Shown here in pieces: positions 1 to 12,272 of a DNA stretch of 64,000 bases. Position numbers and translations under genes: made by a program. Source of the stretch: Tubulanus polymorphus. Taxonomy: Eukaryota; Animalia; Nemertea. Below the pieces are notes generated by a model. That model saw only the letters and a list, made by a program, of their open reading frames with translations. It was not told the DNA's origin and made no database searches. The stretch lies in the NCBI RefSeq assembly GCF_964204645.1, contig NC_134027.1, positions 13,052,485 to 13,116,484 on the forward strand. Direction: 5' to 3'. Numbering within the stretch: the first letter of the stretch is position 1; every line of letters starts with the position of its first letter.

Positions 1-1
1 C

Positions 2-243
2 GGCTGTGTACATTTTGCTGAAATCCTGAAAAGTAATGGATGCGCTACCGAGAGAGTTTTAACAGAATGGGTTAAACTAAAAGATTTTATTCGCAGAAAC
101 TGGCTATCGCGCTTCAGTGATAAAAAAACAGGTGTAGCATCACTCTGGAAAATGGTAATTCAAAGCCAGTTATCTGATACAAGTATTGAATATATTAATG
201 TGCTGCATGTGATACAAATTCTCCTAGTTTTACCCGTTGCGGT
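2..243 (+). pseudogene. hAT/ZNF862-like transposase C-terminal (dimerisation-region) fragment, truncated by LTR sequence
   Basis: Frame 2 reads ...EWVKLK...LWKMVI...YINVLHVIQILLVLPVA, which resembles the hAT dimerisation motif that normally continues S/TAxCERxFS; the sequence switches to LTR repeats at ~244. Confidence 0.55.
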
Positions 244-1076
244 GGGTGTCCGAAATGTGGTGTCCGAAACTTACGACATTCTGATGTCCGGAAAAACATA
301 TTTACAATACCGATTGTCCGGGGACACGCCTGCACGGACAATCGGTTTCCCGAGGACGATGATATTTACAAATTAATCTGGTGTCCGGAACCTTCGACAT
401 TCTGATGTCCGGAAAAACATATTTACAATACCAATTGTCCGGGGACACGCCCGCAGGGACAATCGGTTTCCCGAGGATGACGATTTTTACATATATACAA
501 TTAGACTTAGTGTCCGGAACATACAAACGACTGTCCGGGCACGGACAGTCAGCAAAACGTTTAGGTTCTTACATTTTTAAATCTTGGATCGTGTCTAGAG
601 CGGTTAGTATATGCTAGCACCGCAGAGCGACTTTTTAAGTTCCGCGGACGAGCCGAGGGCTTTCTACCCGAATTCACGTACGCCGGCTAAAAAAGGTCAC
701 TGCGAACGGATATAAATAATAACATCACCGAATAAGGTAACATACAATTTAAGCAAATTAGACATATAAGTAATGGAGTTATAAGGAATTTGAACCCTAC
801 GCGCGCGACAAGGATGATAAAATAATATTCAATACGATTAAAAAAAGGGGTTAATAATATTCGGGAAACCCGGAAATAACGGAGCCGCTGCCGGAACATC
901 AACCAAAACGGGTTAAACAGCAGAACCGGACGCTCCCGATCTAATAAAATGTACAGTTATATAATAGTATACAGTCTTAAAAATAGATAATAGAAATAGT
1001 GGGGCAGTGAAATCCGGGAGAAAGGTGATTCAAAAATTAGCGCCAAATTTTGGCGAAACTGGAAATTTTCACTACA
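244..1076 (-). repeat. 3' LTR (partial) containing ~120-bp tandem units
   Basis: Unit gacattctgatgtccggaaaaacatatttacaatacc...ggtttcccgagga occurs twice (~275 and ~396) and again at ~4325; the TG end adjoins the PPT. Confidence 0.65.
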
Positions 1077-1389
1077 TCACCCCCTCCCAGCTTTCACGCG
1101 CCCCCGGGGGAAATTTAATCTTCGGTCTTCTCGCGATCTTCGATCTTCTTAGCGTTCTTCGATCTTCTTAGCGTTCTTCGATCAAACAGGCGATGCAGTC
1201 TACAGGGGCATCATCAAAACCAAATACACGCATGTCACCCGTCTCCAGTGGGTGTACATGAACTTCCCTGAACGGTTCTGACGACTTCCTGACCGGCAGC
1301 GACCAAACTATTCCAGCGGCGCGTGCCATCTTTACACAGAACGGACATTTGGCTGGAAATCCTGGAATTCCGACCTCCTCCACCCGCGG

Positions 1390-2292
1390 CTTCTCTTCTT
1401 TGTTCTGTATTTGGCTTAGAACGCCCCCGATTGCGTACGCACTGGCTTCGCAATCTAGGACATAAAGGTCGTCGGTGTTTGGATAGGCCAGGAGTGGCGC
1501 GCTCATTAGTTTGTCTTTTAACGTTTGGAAAGCTGTTGTGTGCTCTTCAGTCTACAGGAAATTTTGATCCTTAGCTGTAAGGTTGTGGAGAAGACTGGCA
1601 ATATTTGCGAAGCCTGGAACGAATCGGCGGTAATACGTGGCGAGTCCAAGAAAATTCCTAACTTCCTTCACGTTAGTCGGTGCGGACCAGTTGTTAATGC
1701 ACTCTACCTTGGATGGATCATGCCTTCTATGGTGTCGCTAAATATCAAAATGTCATCTAAATAGATCAAACAGATCTCCCACTGCAGTCCCGCTAATACC
1801 ATCTCCATTAAGCGTTCAAACGTGCCACGTGCCGGGGACCCGGACATCCCGAACGGAAGTACCGTGAATTGCCACAGACCACTCTCTGTGGTGAAGGCCA
1901 ACTTTTGTTTTGCGTCGTCGCTTAGGGCCACTTGCCGATAACCAGAGTTTAAATCGAGTGTGCTGAACCACGTCGCTCCCCTGAGAGACTCCAAAGATCT
2001 GTTAATGTTCGGTATGGCAATGCTCTCGATCGTCGTTACTTCATTCAAACGTCTATAGTCGACGCAAAACCGAGTGCTGCCGTCTTTCTTTGTAACGAGA
2101 ACTATTAAAGATGACCAGGGAGATCGCGATCGCTCGATCAAACCTCTTCGCTCCATATCGGCCACCAGCGTCTCTGTTTCTTTCCACTTGCCGAGAGGAG
2201 GTAATCGCGGTGGCTGGCGGACAAAGGCATGAGTTCCGGTATCGACTTCATGTCGTACTAGGTCCGTTCTCCCCAGGTCTTCGTCGTTCATT
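1390..2292 (-). pseudogene. pol: Gypsy pol fragment: reverse transcriptase plus start of RNase H, frameshifted
   Basis: DLGRT-x-LVRHEVDTG, SPWSS, KKDGSTRFCVDYRRLN, LDLNSGY, YLDD; then LAYP...YVLDCEASAYAIGGVLSQ. Confidence 0.9.
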
Positions 2293-2858
2293 GTTTGAAA
2301 AATATCGGCCCGTATCCAACTTGTCTTTTCCGTCGAAAGTACTCGAAAGAGTAGTAGCAGACCAGCTAACACTCCATTTGTCAAGCAATAACTTAGCAGA
2401 CAAATTTCAATCTGCTTATAAACAACGCCACAGTGTAGAAACAGCTTCGGTTAAAGTGCATAATGACTTACTTCGTTCATTAGATTCAAAGCAGTGTGTG
2501 TTACTTGTTTTGTTGGATTTGCGCGCTGCTTTCGACACTGTGGATCACACTAGACTCGTAGAACGTCTTAATTTACTAGGAATTCAAGGCACAGTTCTTG
2601 ATTGGCTCAGGTCATATCTTAGCAATAGGACTCAAAGTGTATGTATAAAGGGTAACTTTTCTGAGCAATTGGAAATCAAATTTGGTGTACCTCAGGGTTC
2701 TGTTTTGAGCCCTTTGCTTTTTGCAGCGTACATTACTCCTCTTGGTAACATCAGTCAACAGTATGATCTTGATTATCATCTCTATGCTGATGATAATCAA
2801 CTTTACATTGCGTTTAGTGTACCTGATTTGTTCCCATCATGTCAAATTATGTCTGAAA
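2293..2858 (+). pseudogene. Internal reverse transcriptase fragment of a non-LTR retrotransposon (L2/CR1 group)
   Basis: YRPVSNL, FQSAYK..HSVETA, LLDL.AAFDTVDH, GVPQGSVL.PLLF and YADD motifs. Confidence 0.9.
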
Positions 2859-2859
2859 G

Positions 2860-3634
2860 AGCTCATCGGCTTTTGCGTCGAGTTTCGTGTTAGTAGCGCT
2901 TAATGCTTCTGCTAATTTCGATATCTGGTTGCTCATCAGTTTTAAAGTCAAGTCGTATTGAGGCTCGACCGATATCGCTCGGGCCGCAACCGTTTTCCTC
3001 CCAGTAACACGAGGGCTGCCGTAATGGCTTCAGGCAGCGATCTCGGGCTCGCCTGAAATAAACGCATCCTCATCTCTCCGTCTTGTTACGCATCCATGAA
3101 GTGCGCTCAAGCAAGCGCATCCCTTGTGTTCTTATCAGTATCCGGGTACGCGAGAGCTACCAGTCGCTTAATTTTGTGACCCATCTCCTGTAGACTCTCT
3201 CCGGACTTCCTTTTTCGGGCTCGAAGTTTGGCGGTGTACAGAGAGAGTTCTTTCAGAACCTGTTGTGCATCGCCCTTGAGGCTGACTGCGAGATATGTGG
3301 CCTTCTCGTCCTCGTCCCAGCAGTTGAGTGTCGCGACAGAATCGAAATGCGCCTCAAACTCGTTCCAACTCGTTCTGCCGTCATAACGGTCGGGCATGGT
3401 CGCCGGTCTGGAAGGTTTATATCGTCGAGCGTTTCTCGGTAGTCGGAATTATATATGGGGTCCATCACCCCTGTCGTCCGCGTCATCATCTTCCTCCACG
3501 GTCGTTTCCATGACTTCCTCGTCCGAGGACGATTGGGACTGGTCGTCGCGGTCCAGACCATCCCCACCCTCCGGGGTTTTCGATACGAACTCTACCTCGC
3601 CTCCAACAGTCATAATCTCCGATTGGTCAGTCAT
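2860..3634 (-). pseudogene. gag: Gypsy gag (capsid region), disrupted
   Basis: PDRYDGRTSWNEFEAHFDSVATLNCW...KATYLAVSLKGDA, RKRKSGESL; continues past a stop as AHFMDA...RLFQASPRSL. Confidence 0.8.
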
Positions 3635-5913
3635 CTCAATCTACATACGAATAACGGTTAACCTATTACGAGGTTTAGTACTATGGAGGGATGGATAATA
3701 ATAATAATAATATATATAAATATATAGCAATGAAGATAAGCAAAATGCATTAAATTTGTTTTCAGCAGAGGTCAGCGGAGTCACAGTCCTAGCATCCGGA
3801 TTCAGGATTCATCACTTGCGTTAAATTTTCTGCACCGGTAGGCCTCCCGTACGCCTGGCGTCACGGGACGACGCTCAATAACAACATGACTTGGAGGCTC
3901 CGACCTCGCTCGGTCCCGGACCGAGTCCTCGTGTCTACGCGAGTTTCTCCGTCAGTGGGTCCGTCCAGGTCCGCCCGTCCTTCTCTTGAAAGCGAGTAAT
4001 ACGGCTGGGCGAAGTTCCTCTCCTCTTATCGTCTTATTCTTGGTAGCGTGTTGCACCATCCGGAATTCATACGATCCGCAAGCTGACCTCCTAGAGCGGG
4101 CAGGAACTCCGCTGACCTCAATGATAGAACTACAGTCATTTGAACTGAGTATCAATGATAATTTTCGGGCTCGAGAATGAACATTTAGGCTATACAAATA
4201 AACTGGCATTTGCTGTCTGGAACGAACATGTTACCCAAAACCCGGCGGTCCGGGAAATAACGACCGGAAGTGTTTCCCGGGGACGACGATATAACATATA
4301 ATCAAACTTGGGTCCAGAACGTACGCCAATCTGTTGTCGGGATGAATATATTTACAATACCGATTGTCCGGTGACATGCCCGCACAGACAATCGGTTTCC
4401 CGAGGACGACGATTTTTACATATATACAATTAGACTTAGTGTCCAGAACATACAAACGTCTGTTTTTTAAATCTTGGATCCTGTCTAGAGCGGTTAGTAT
4501 ATGCTAGCACTGCAGAGCGACTTTCCAAGTTCCGCGGACGAGCACAAGGGCTTTCTCCCCGAACTCACGCGCTGCGACCTAAATAGCCCGTGGTTGTCCG
4601 GGACCCTCTCTTATTGGCTGGAACACACAGGAATGGGAAGGTCATTTTTGCAGGCGTTGAGACGGCAACACTAGGTCACACGGGCACCAGCTACAAGTAT
4701 TCCCCTTCTGTATTCAAATAATGCGGGATTTCGTAATGCCGTCACTAAACAGTGGAACGATGTTCAGTGACCTAGTGCGGCCACCTCAATGCCTGTAAAG
4801 TTTTTCCTATACGCTCACGCTTCGTCAACTACCTTTTCTTTTATATTACTAAAGACGTTTCACAAATTGATAGCGTCGGATGGATTAATGCGATATATAA
4901 CTGTCATATCACTAGCAAGTGTCATATTAAATAAAATTTTTAATTTTACATTGAAAAACAAAGTTTGTTCAGTATTTTGTGAGGTCGCCGTGTGTAGAGC
5001 CAGCGGCCATTATCTTTTTAAACATATCAGGTCAGTAGGCCTACCAAGATGTTTTTTCTCGGACGTATTGCAGAATAACGAGTGAAAACACAAATACACT
5101 ATCAAAAACCCCAGCAACTGTATCCCAAGCCCATAGGCCAGTGCATGTGGTAGGAGCCCCAAAAATCAACACTACCTATACCGAAACTGGTTCAACAGAT
5201 ATAAATGTATTGTTCTTGCCTGCTGACGGTGGTACTCTTTCTTATTCATTTGCAATTAAAACTGTCTGACCATTGCATCTAGGCAAACCTGCGGTTCGCA
5301 AAATAACGAACATTTACAAGAGGTAGGTAGTAAGTAGTAGGCCTGTTAGTGACACTGTCACTGACAGTGTTGGATTGGCACATTGTTTGTCATCTCATTA
5401 TTGTCATTGACTGATTACTGATGATAACGTGAACTCACAGTTTAATACATGGTGCGCATGGATCCCATTATTATTGCATTCTCGTATCGTATGACTACTG
5501 ACAAGATGAATGGAATGATGTCTCAGTTTCCAGACCCTGTCATTTCAGGTTTCAAGACCAAAAAATGATTTGAATTGATTGTGACTGACTGAAGAAAGCG
5601 GGTTATATGCTGGTGTACCGGAACCATTGAGGGTTATAAGCCGGTGTAAATCGACACAGATTTAAAATGGCGTCTCCACAAGAGAGCGCCACAAAACGAT
5701 AGCTTCACCAACGTACGACATTAGGAGCGCTCCGTCCTGAGGGCCCGGTCTCACAAAAAGGATTAAATTCGTTAAATCGATTTAAATCCTTAAATCGATT
5801 TATTCAAACCAGTTTCACAAAAAAGATTAAATCTTAAATCGATTTAAAAATGAGTTAAATTTAACCCATCGCCGGAGGAGGATTAACTATCCTTAAATGA
5901 TTTAAGAAAGAAT

Positions 5914-7201
5914 ATGGCGTTTTTTAATTTAATGAATTTTCGATTACAAAGAGCCCCGAGACAGTTTCGTAGGCTACCGGATCACCTTGACTTGTTCAAT
6001 GATGATGAACTAATTCAACGCTATCGCTTTCGTCGTGAATCAATTGAAAGGATTTGCCACTAGTCGCGCCGGCAATAAAAAAACCCGACTGCGAAAGATC
6101 TCAGCCTTGTCGGTTGAATGCCAGGTGCTTATAACCCTGAGATATCTCGCGTCCGGCGCTTTTATGAACACTGTTGGAGATACATTGGGTGTTTCAAAAT
6201 CGTCAGTATCACGGGCAGTCGATTCTGTGTGTAGGACACTCGTTGAGATGAAAGATCAGTTTAAAAAATGGCCAATAACTCATGCCGAAAAACAGACAAT
6301 TATGCAGGGATTTTATGAAACATCACAATTTCCGTTGTGTATTGGTTTGATTGATGGAACCCATGTAAGAATCTTAAGGCCAAGCCAAAATGAACCAGCT
6401 TACATAAATCGGAAACGTTATCCGAGTATCAATGTGCAAGCGGTGTGTGACCCCACGGGTATGTGCCTATAAAATTATATGATGAATAAACACATATTTT
6501 GTTCCCTTACGGAGTCAAGTAAAAAACTAATCTTTTGTTTTCCTCTAGGTAAATTTACTAATGTCGTTGCTCGTTTTGGCCCGGTTCTGTGCATGATAGG
6601 CATATTTTCAAAACCTCGTTATTAGGCAGGTAAGTATTGCGGATCGATTCACATCAATCAATGAATAGCAATTTTGTTTTCATCGTTGCGATATGCGATA
6701 TGTTTTCAGACATTTAAATCAGAACCATCAGCTGGAAGATGGAATTTTGCTGGGAGACAGCGGCTATGCGCTCAAACCATATCTACTAACCCCATTCCTT
6801 CAACCTGTCGGTGCTTCTCAAAAGAGGTATAGGCCTAATTACCGAATTTATTTCTTTTTAAGTTTCCATCCGTAGATTTTCTACCCAAGTCCTGCCATGT
6901 ACAATATATTTGAAAGTACAACACTGCCCATAAACGCACCAGGTCTGGCATCGAAAGGACTTTCGGTAGGCTGAAACGTCGTTTCGGAATATTGCATGGC
7001 GAGATCCGATTAGAGCCAGCGAAAGCATGCCGGGTTATCGTTGCGTGTTGTGTTCTGCATAACTTAGCCATCATGTTTAATGAAACGGACTTGGGGACTG
7101 AGGAAGATGATGACGTAGAGCAGCTAATACAAAATCAAAATGTACCACAAGATGGAAAGTTGACGAGACAACATTTTGTAAATTCGTATTTTGCGCAGTA
7201 A
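5914..7201 (+). pseudogene. Harbinger (HARBI1-like) DDE transposase, 4 exons, frameshifted
   Basis: DDELIQRYRF, LRYLASG, GLIDGTHV, YINRK.YPSINVQAVCD, PGSVHD, LLGDSGY, IERTFG.LKRRF, ACCVLHN; GT..AG introns at ~6459-6549, ~6630-6709 and ~6827-6916. Confidence 0.92.
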
Positions 7202-7303
7202 ACCTTTCTTTTAGTATATACATGTGATTGATAAAAATAAACAACAATGGTTCAATTAAAGTTTAACAACATTTTAACAAAAAAGGAAGTGCAATGTTTT
7301 TTT

Positions 7304-8741
7304 TCACTCTTCACCGGCTATGTTTAGTGATGGCGCAATAATCCCGTGCTGTTTCGATAAAGCATAAACTTCGATGGCGAGTTTATCTGCTTCCAACGCC
7401 ATTATTCTCGCCTGCAAATCACTGTTCTTTTCCATTTGTTCAATTTCCAAATGCAATTTCTCATTTAATAGGGTTAGGTTAGTATATTGCAACTCCAGTA
7501 CATCAGATTGTCGTATCTTTTTCGCTGCTGGTTTTGGTGGTGGAATTATTGGAGATGGTGGGCGTTCTGTAGATTGTACGCCTATTGGCTGTGGTGGAAT
7601 TGGTGCATCTTGCAATTCAAACAGTTCATCTGAAAAAAATGAAATGAAAATAACTTATCAATCAGTTTTGTTTTTATGTCAATACATTTCGTTGATGTGG
7701 GCCTACATTGTAAACCATCAAGACTTATAATCTCCGGTCAAAAGAAAATCCAGCTTTCCTTCAAAAAAGCTACGTTTATTGATTTATGTATATTATTTAA
7801 TGTAAAGTCGCGAAACAATAAGCGTATTCCACAGTGCACTAGCGCCGTGGCTGCACACCAGAGACTGGATTTATATACGACCATTTCGCAAACCTACTTC
7901 AACCGAAAGCCAAAGACCCGGGACTAGTACGATGAATATTTTTAACTAAAAGGTATGTGATGTATCGGATCGGTTTTATCTCGTGACTTTTAGGCGAGAG
8001 AATTTGATACGTAATTTACAACAAAGTCAAGGCCCGTCTCTACGTGCAGCGATACAACTGCGCCATGCGTCGCCTATCTATATTAATTTAATTAGGTCAA
8101 TTTCTGGCATTATCCATTACGAGGCGGGGCTAACCTGCCAATCATTGAGTACGTCATGGAAACAATAACAACTTTGACAGACGTACCCTCTCACTGACTT
8201 CATAATAATTCAGAATAATATGATAAATTCAATACATGCACCCCATACGTGGTAAAAGTGTAGTGTGCTACCATATAGAGCTTAGCCTTGTATCTATCTA
8301 TCTGACTTACCAACATCGGTAAACGACGCTGTTTCTAGAGTTTCGGTTTCGGGAATCCCATGAAAGCTAGGGACAGGGTTGGATTCATTCATTTCCAATA
8401 GTAGCCTGGTTTGTTCCGTCATTTCCTGAACAGGCGGCCCACCTCCAGTCTTGACTAGGCTCCTCTTCTCAGCAAACAGATGTTTTTTCGCTGATGCCCG
8501 ATCGTTTTTAAACTTCATTTTAATCTCCGTACCGAACCTCGCTCGTAGCTACGCCCAAAGAGCTGACTTTTTCTGCGATCTCGTCCCAGACGCGTTGCTT
8601 TCTTGCATTCGTTACCTTTGGGTTAAATTTCGCGAACAAAACATGTTCATTTTCGCGAACTAACTGCGTGATCATCAATGAATCACTTGATGAAAAGTTC
8701 TTCTTGCGCGAGCTTTTCTTCTCGACGGCTTGAGATTCCAT
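7304..8741 (-). pseudogene. Harbinger Myb/SANT-like DNA-binding protein (MSANTD/NAIF1-like) with C-terminal coiled coil, spliced
   Basis: RKKNFS...LFAKF...NARKQRVWDEIAEKV, KTGGGPP and coiled-coil exon LELQYTNLTLLNEKLHLEIE; convergent with the transposase as is usual for Harbinger. Confidence 0.85.
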
Positions 8742-9101
8742 TTTTATTAACTTTGAAAAATAGTGCGCGGTGACGTCACATAATCGTTTTAAGACACTCT
8801 TAAATCGATTTTGTTAATTTTTTTGGATTAAGCCTTTAGTGAAACTCGTTTTATAAATCGAGTTAACTAAATCGTATTAACGGGTCTAAATCGATTTAAG
8901 AATTTAAATCGATTTTAGATTTAAACTTTTTTGTGAAACCGGGCCCAGGTTTCGGGAATCTCCAAGATATCGTGGATATCCTCGGTATCATAAGTATCGC
9001 AGGTAGTGTAACGGATTTCCCAGACACGGTAACCATTTGAAACCCCGGTCAAAATCGCTAAATAAATATTCATCGGAACCGACAACTCCTGCAGCTGTGT
9101 A

Positions 9102-9548
9102 TGCACCGGTTGGCCTCCCGTACGCCCGGCGTCACGGGACGACGCTCAATAACAACATGTCTTGGAGGCTCCGACCTCCCCTCGGTCCCGGACCGAGTCC
9201 TCGTGTCTACGCGGGTTTCTCCGTCAGTGGGTCCGTCCGGGTCCGCTCGTCCTTCTCTTGAAGGCGAGTAATACGGCTGGGCGAAGTTCCTCTCCTCTTA
9301 TCGTCTTATTCTTGGTAGCGTGTTGAACCCCCCACCGTCCGGAATTCATACGATGCGCAAGCTGACCTCCTAGAGCGGGCAAGACCTCCGCTGACCTCAC
9401 TCAATGATAAAACTACAGTCGTTTGAACTTAGTATTAATGATTATTTTCAGGCTCGATTTTAAACATATATACAAATAAACTGGCATTTGCTGTCAGGAA
9501 CGAACATGTTACACAAAACCCGGCGGTCCGGGAAATAACGACCGGAAC
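9102..9548 (-). repeat. Second copy of the Gypsy leader/LTR-junction segment at 3831-4268
   Basis: Near-identical sequence tgcaccggt.ggcctcccgtacgcc...gggaaataacgaccggaa. Confidence 0.9.
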
Positions 9549-9795
9549 AGTTCGTAAAAAATAAAAATGAAAATAAAAACAAAAATAAAAACAGCTCGTA
9601 AAAATTAAAAATGAATTCTCGCACGCTCGAATTTATTTTTATTTTTTACTCACTCGCCCCTTCAACCTTTGGTATGAAACAACATATTCCCAATTACTCC
9701 TAATAATATTCATATATATGAATAACATATAAATGAATAACATTTATAAATGAATAACTTCTAAAATCAATTTTAATAAAAAATTTGTTATTAGA

Positions 9796-10128
9796 ATGGA
9801 GAACAACAAATCATTTCTAGATAGAATTAAAGATATCACAAATGCTAAATCTGTAGATTATAAATTTAAGAAGTTAAATGAACTAAAAATTCATAAGAAA
9901 TATTTAATTACAAACATTGATACAGTTACTAACAAATATGGAGATAAATTAGTTATTCACTTAGAATATGAAGGATTGAAAGGAAATAAATATAAATTCG
10001 GAACATATTTACCAGATAGATTTCACAGATTATCAAGTGAAGATCTAGAAGAATTATGTTCTGGTGATTTCTATTTCATATATAAAGGTAAGAATGAAAA
10101 AGGGCACCATGATATAGATTTCGAATAA
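9796..10128 (+). CDS. Small Polinton-type protein, possibly an OB-fold ssDNA-binding protein
   Basis: Intact 110-aa ORF; beta-rich pattern KKYLITNIDTVTNKYGDKLVIHL...YLPDRF; fold is an inference. Confidence 0.5.
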   Translation: MENNKSFLDRIKDITNAKSVDYKFKKLNELKIHKKYLITNIDTVTNKYGDKLVIHLEYEGLKGNKYKFGTYLPDRFHRLSSEDLEELCSGDFYFIYKGKNEKGHHDIDFE

Positions 10129-10142
10129 AATATGTAAAATAA

Positions 10143-10908
10143 ATGCAAGATAAATTAAAAGAATATAGAATATTTGTTGATTCTAGAAGACTTACAAATT
10201 ATAAATTTCATAATTTACTAGTACAATTAGATAGGGAATTTAAGAATTGTGTAGATTTAAAATTAGTAAATGTAAGTTTATGTAATTCTTTTCATGATAT
10301 ATCGAATAAAACTATTGAACATAGAGCCTTTTTAATTTTTGATAAAAATAAAGATGAATGGTCCTACATTTATTTAAAACCGGGGTTATATAATTTAGAT
10401 ACATTATCGAAAGAAATTAAAAGAAAAGCCTGGCACAAGTTAGGTAGTAATTCCGGGTTTAGTATTAGATTTTTAAAAAGTGAGAGTTCTGATGAAATAA
10501 AGATAAGGTTGACTAATAACAGGTGAAAAACATAAATTTATGGTAAAAAACCTATAGCTAAACTGTTAGGATATTCCACCAGATAGATCTTTTACAAATA
10601 TTGATGCTACAATAAACTTAATACCTTACATACATTTTTATATTTATTGCAATTTAATTGATCCTACAAAAAAATTTGAAGCAACTAAAGATACAACTTG
10701 TAATTCTAGTACAATAAATATTTTACCACTAAAGAATGTTAATGAATTTGGAATGCAAATAAATTATAATTTAACAGAATGTGATTTTAAGCCTTGTATT
10801 CCAAAATTTAATAATTTTAAATTAGAAATCAGAAATCACAATGGTTACTTAATTGATTTGAATAACTTTCCTGTGATATATGAATTAGTTATAAGATGTA
10901 AAGAGTAA
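10143..10908 (+). pseudogene. Minor capsid protein (penton-like, single jelly-roll), disrupted
   Basis: IFVDSR...L.REFKN...LKLVNVSL.NSF, PGLYN, then FYIYCNLI and LEIRNHNGYLIDLNNFPVIYELVI at the C-terminus, typical of virophage/PLV/Polinton pentons. Confidence 0.7.
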
Positions 10909-10922
10909 TATTTGATATATAA

Positions 10923-11225
10923 ATGAATATAACTGTTGGACCAAGTATATGTTTTGGGTTTGATTTTAAACATGGTAAAGAAATGAGAATTAAACTTAAT
11001 GATGTAATTACTGATATCAAACGTAAATCATTTAATAATGAATCAATGATTAATAAAGAAAATCATAATATAGAAAAAGTAATTGATTTAATCAAAACAT
11101 CTTTAGAATATTATGAATTAAATGAAGATGGAATTATCGGTGATATTAAAAATATATTATCGAAAATATACGATAATCATAAAAGTAGTAATGAAATAAA
11201 TTTGTTGGTTATTCAATGGTATTAA
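10923..11225 (+). CDS. Hypothetical viral protein
   Basis: Intact 100-aa ORF within the viral gene array, starting at TAAATG. Confidence 0.5.
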   Translation: MNITVGPSICFGFDFKHGKEMRIKLNDVITDIKRKSFNNESMINKENHNIEKVIDLIKTSLEYYELNEDGIIGDIKNILSKIYDNHKSSNEINLLVIQWY

Positions 11226-11362
11226 AAAAAGTATTTAAAATGGGAAGTGTTAATGTTGATAGATTTGATTTAAATGATATTTTGAAATTAACATTAGCAG
11301 TAACTTAATCTAATTTAACAATTGATTATTTGGAAAAACAAAAATATATTCCTCCTATATAA

Positions 11363-11807
11363 ATGCGTAATTGTTTTGCTAAAAAAATGGAATCTGCAAT
11401 TATAACTATTATAGGATCAGCAATTGTTTACGCTTTAGCATTTACTGGTGGTGGTTATTTATTTAAACATATTGATAAAAATAGTCCATTAGGAGAACAA
11501 AGAAGAAATAACTTAGCATTAGAGAAATACAATAAAGCTGCAGAAGAATATAGAGAAAAGAGGCAAAACTATATGGATTACATCAATAAAGAATTATATA
11601 ATCAGAAAATTACACATAGAGATTTTCAATCAGTTGATGATGCAATGAGTTTATAGAACGCAGTTACAAATAAAGAAAAATTACATCAATATAAACCTAA
11701 ATTATCAGATTATTATACACCAAGTAATGAACAAAAGAAATATGAAATAATTTGGATTTTAAGTGGAACAGTTATTGTTATATTTGTAGCATATAAATTT
11801 CTAATTA
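11363..11807 (+). pseudogene. Polinton-like membrane protein (N-terminal hydrophobic segment, coiled coil, C-terminal TM) with one internal stop
   Basis: IIGSAIVYALAFTGGGYLF...EQRRNNLALEKY; the frame continues after the TAG as ...YKPKLSDYYTPS...YEIIWILSGTVIV. Confidence 0.6.
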
Positions 11808-11826
11808 GTATTTCATTTTTAAATAA

Positions 11827-12272
11827 ATGGATGATAAAGTTGATAATATTGAGATTATTCCTCATGATATAAATAAAACTAAATTAAAATTATATTTGGA
11901 AAAACAAATATTAGAATTTGAAAGTGACTTAAAGATAAAAAAGAAAAAATATTTTAAATCTTAAATTATATATTATTTTATTATTAGTGGTTCAGTTACA
12001 ATAAGTTCTGTAATAACATTTCTAGCAATATTCAGTCCATTAACACCTTTAGCTATATCAATTGGTGTGTTATGATTAAGTTCAAGTGTTTTAACCGGAA
12101 TAAGTTCAAAATTAAATATAAAAAGTAATAAAGAAAAAATAAAATCTAATATAAAAGAAATTATTGAAAAATACACTAGATTATATAATAAGTTGAAATG
12201 GTAATATAACAGTTGAAGAGCAGGATACATTATTGAAAGAATTAATAAATTATTAATTTTTTTATGATATGA
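11827..12272 (+). pseudogene. Viral two-TM/coiled-coil protein, frameshifted
   Basis: MDDKVDNIEIIPHD... then, after an A-run shift, hydrophobic YFIISGSVTISSVITFLAIFSPLTPLAISIGV. Confidence 0.45.

Larger units (their letters stand above)
244..4600 (-). mobile_element. Decayed Ty3/Gypsy LTR retrotransposon (gag, RT, partial RNase H; protease and integrase missing)
   Basis: Minus-strand gag and RT ORFs; PPT-like GGGAGGGGGTGA (plus 1077-1088) abutting TGTAGTG at 1076; ~260-690 is homologous to ~4300-4585 (LTR parts). Outer boundaries approximate. Confidence 0.8.
5742..8945. mobile_element. PIF/Harbinger DNA transposon with both TIRs and two convergent genes
   Basis: TIRs GGCCCGGT(C/T)TCACAAAAA(G/A)G at both ends; flanks GAG/CAG (CWG-type TSD with one mismatch); subterminal TAAATCGATTT palindromic repeats; transposase and Myb/SANT genes. 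Confidence 0.92.

Noticed and set aside
2111-2893. 260-aa ORF as one protein
   Set aside because: The first ~60 codons are antisense Gypsy RT; only ~2293 onward is LINE RT
4205-4228. PBS of the first Gypsy element
   Set aside because: No TGG start or recognisable tRNA 3'-end complement; the LTR boundary here is uncertain
5914-7201. Domesticated host HARBI1 gene
   Set aside because: Flanked by TIRs, paired with a Myb gene and frameshifted, so it is a transposon copy
9767-9774. Mimivirus early promoter AAAATTGA
   Set aside because: It lies on the strand opposite the downstream gene, is imperfect in copy 2 and is common in AT-rich DNA; mentioned only as part of the 18-mer finding
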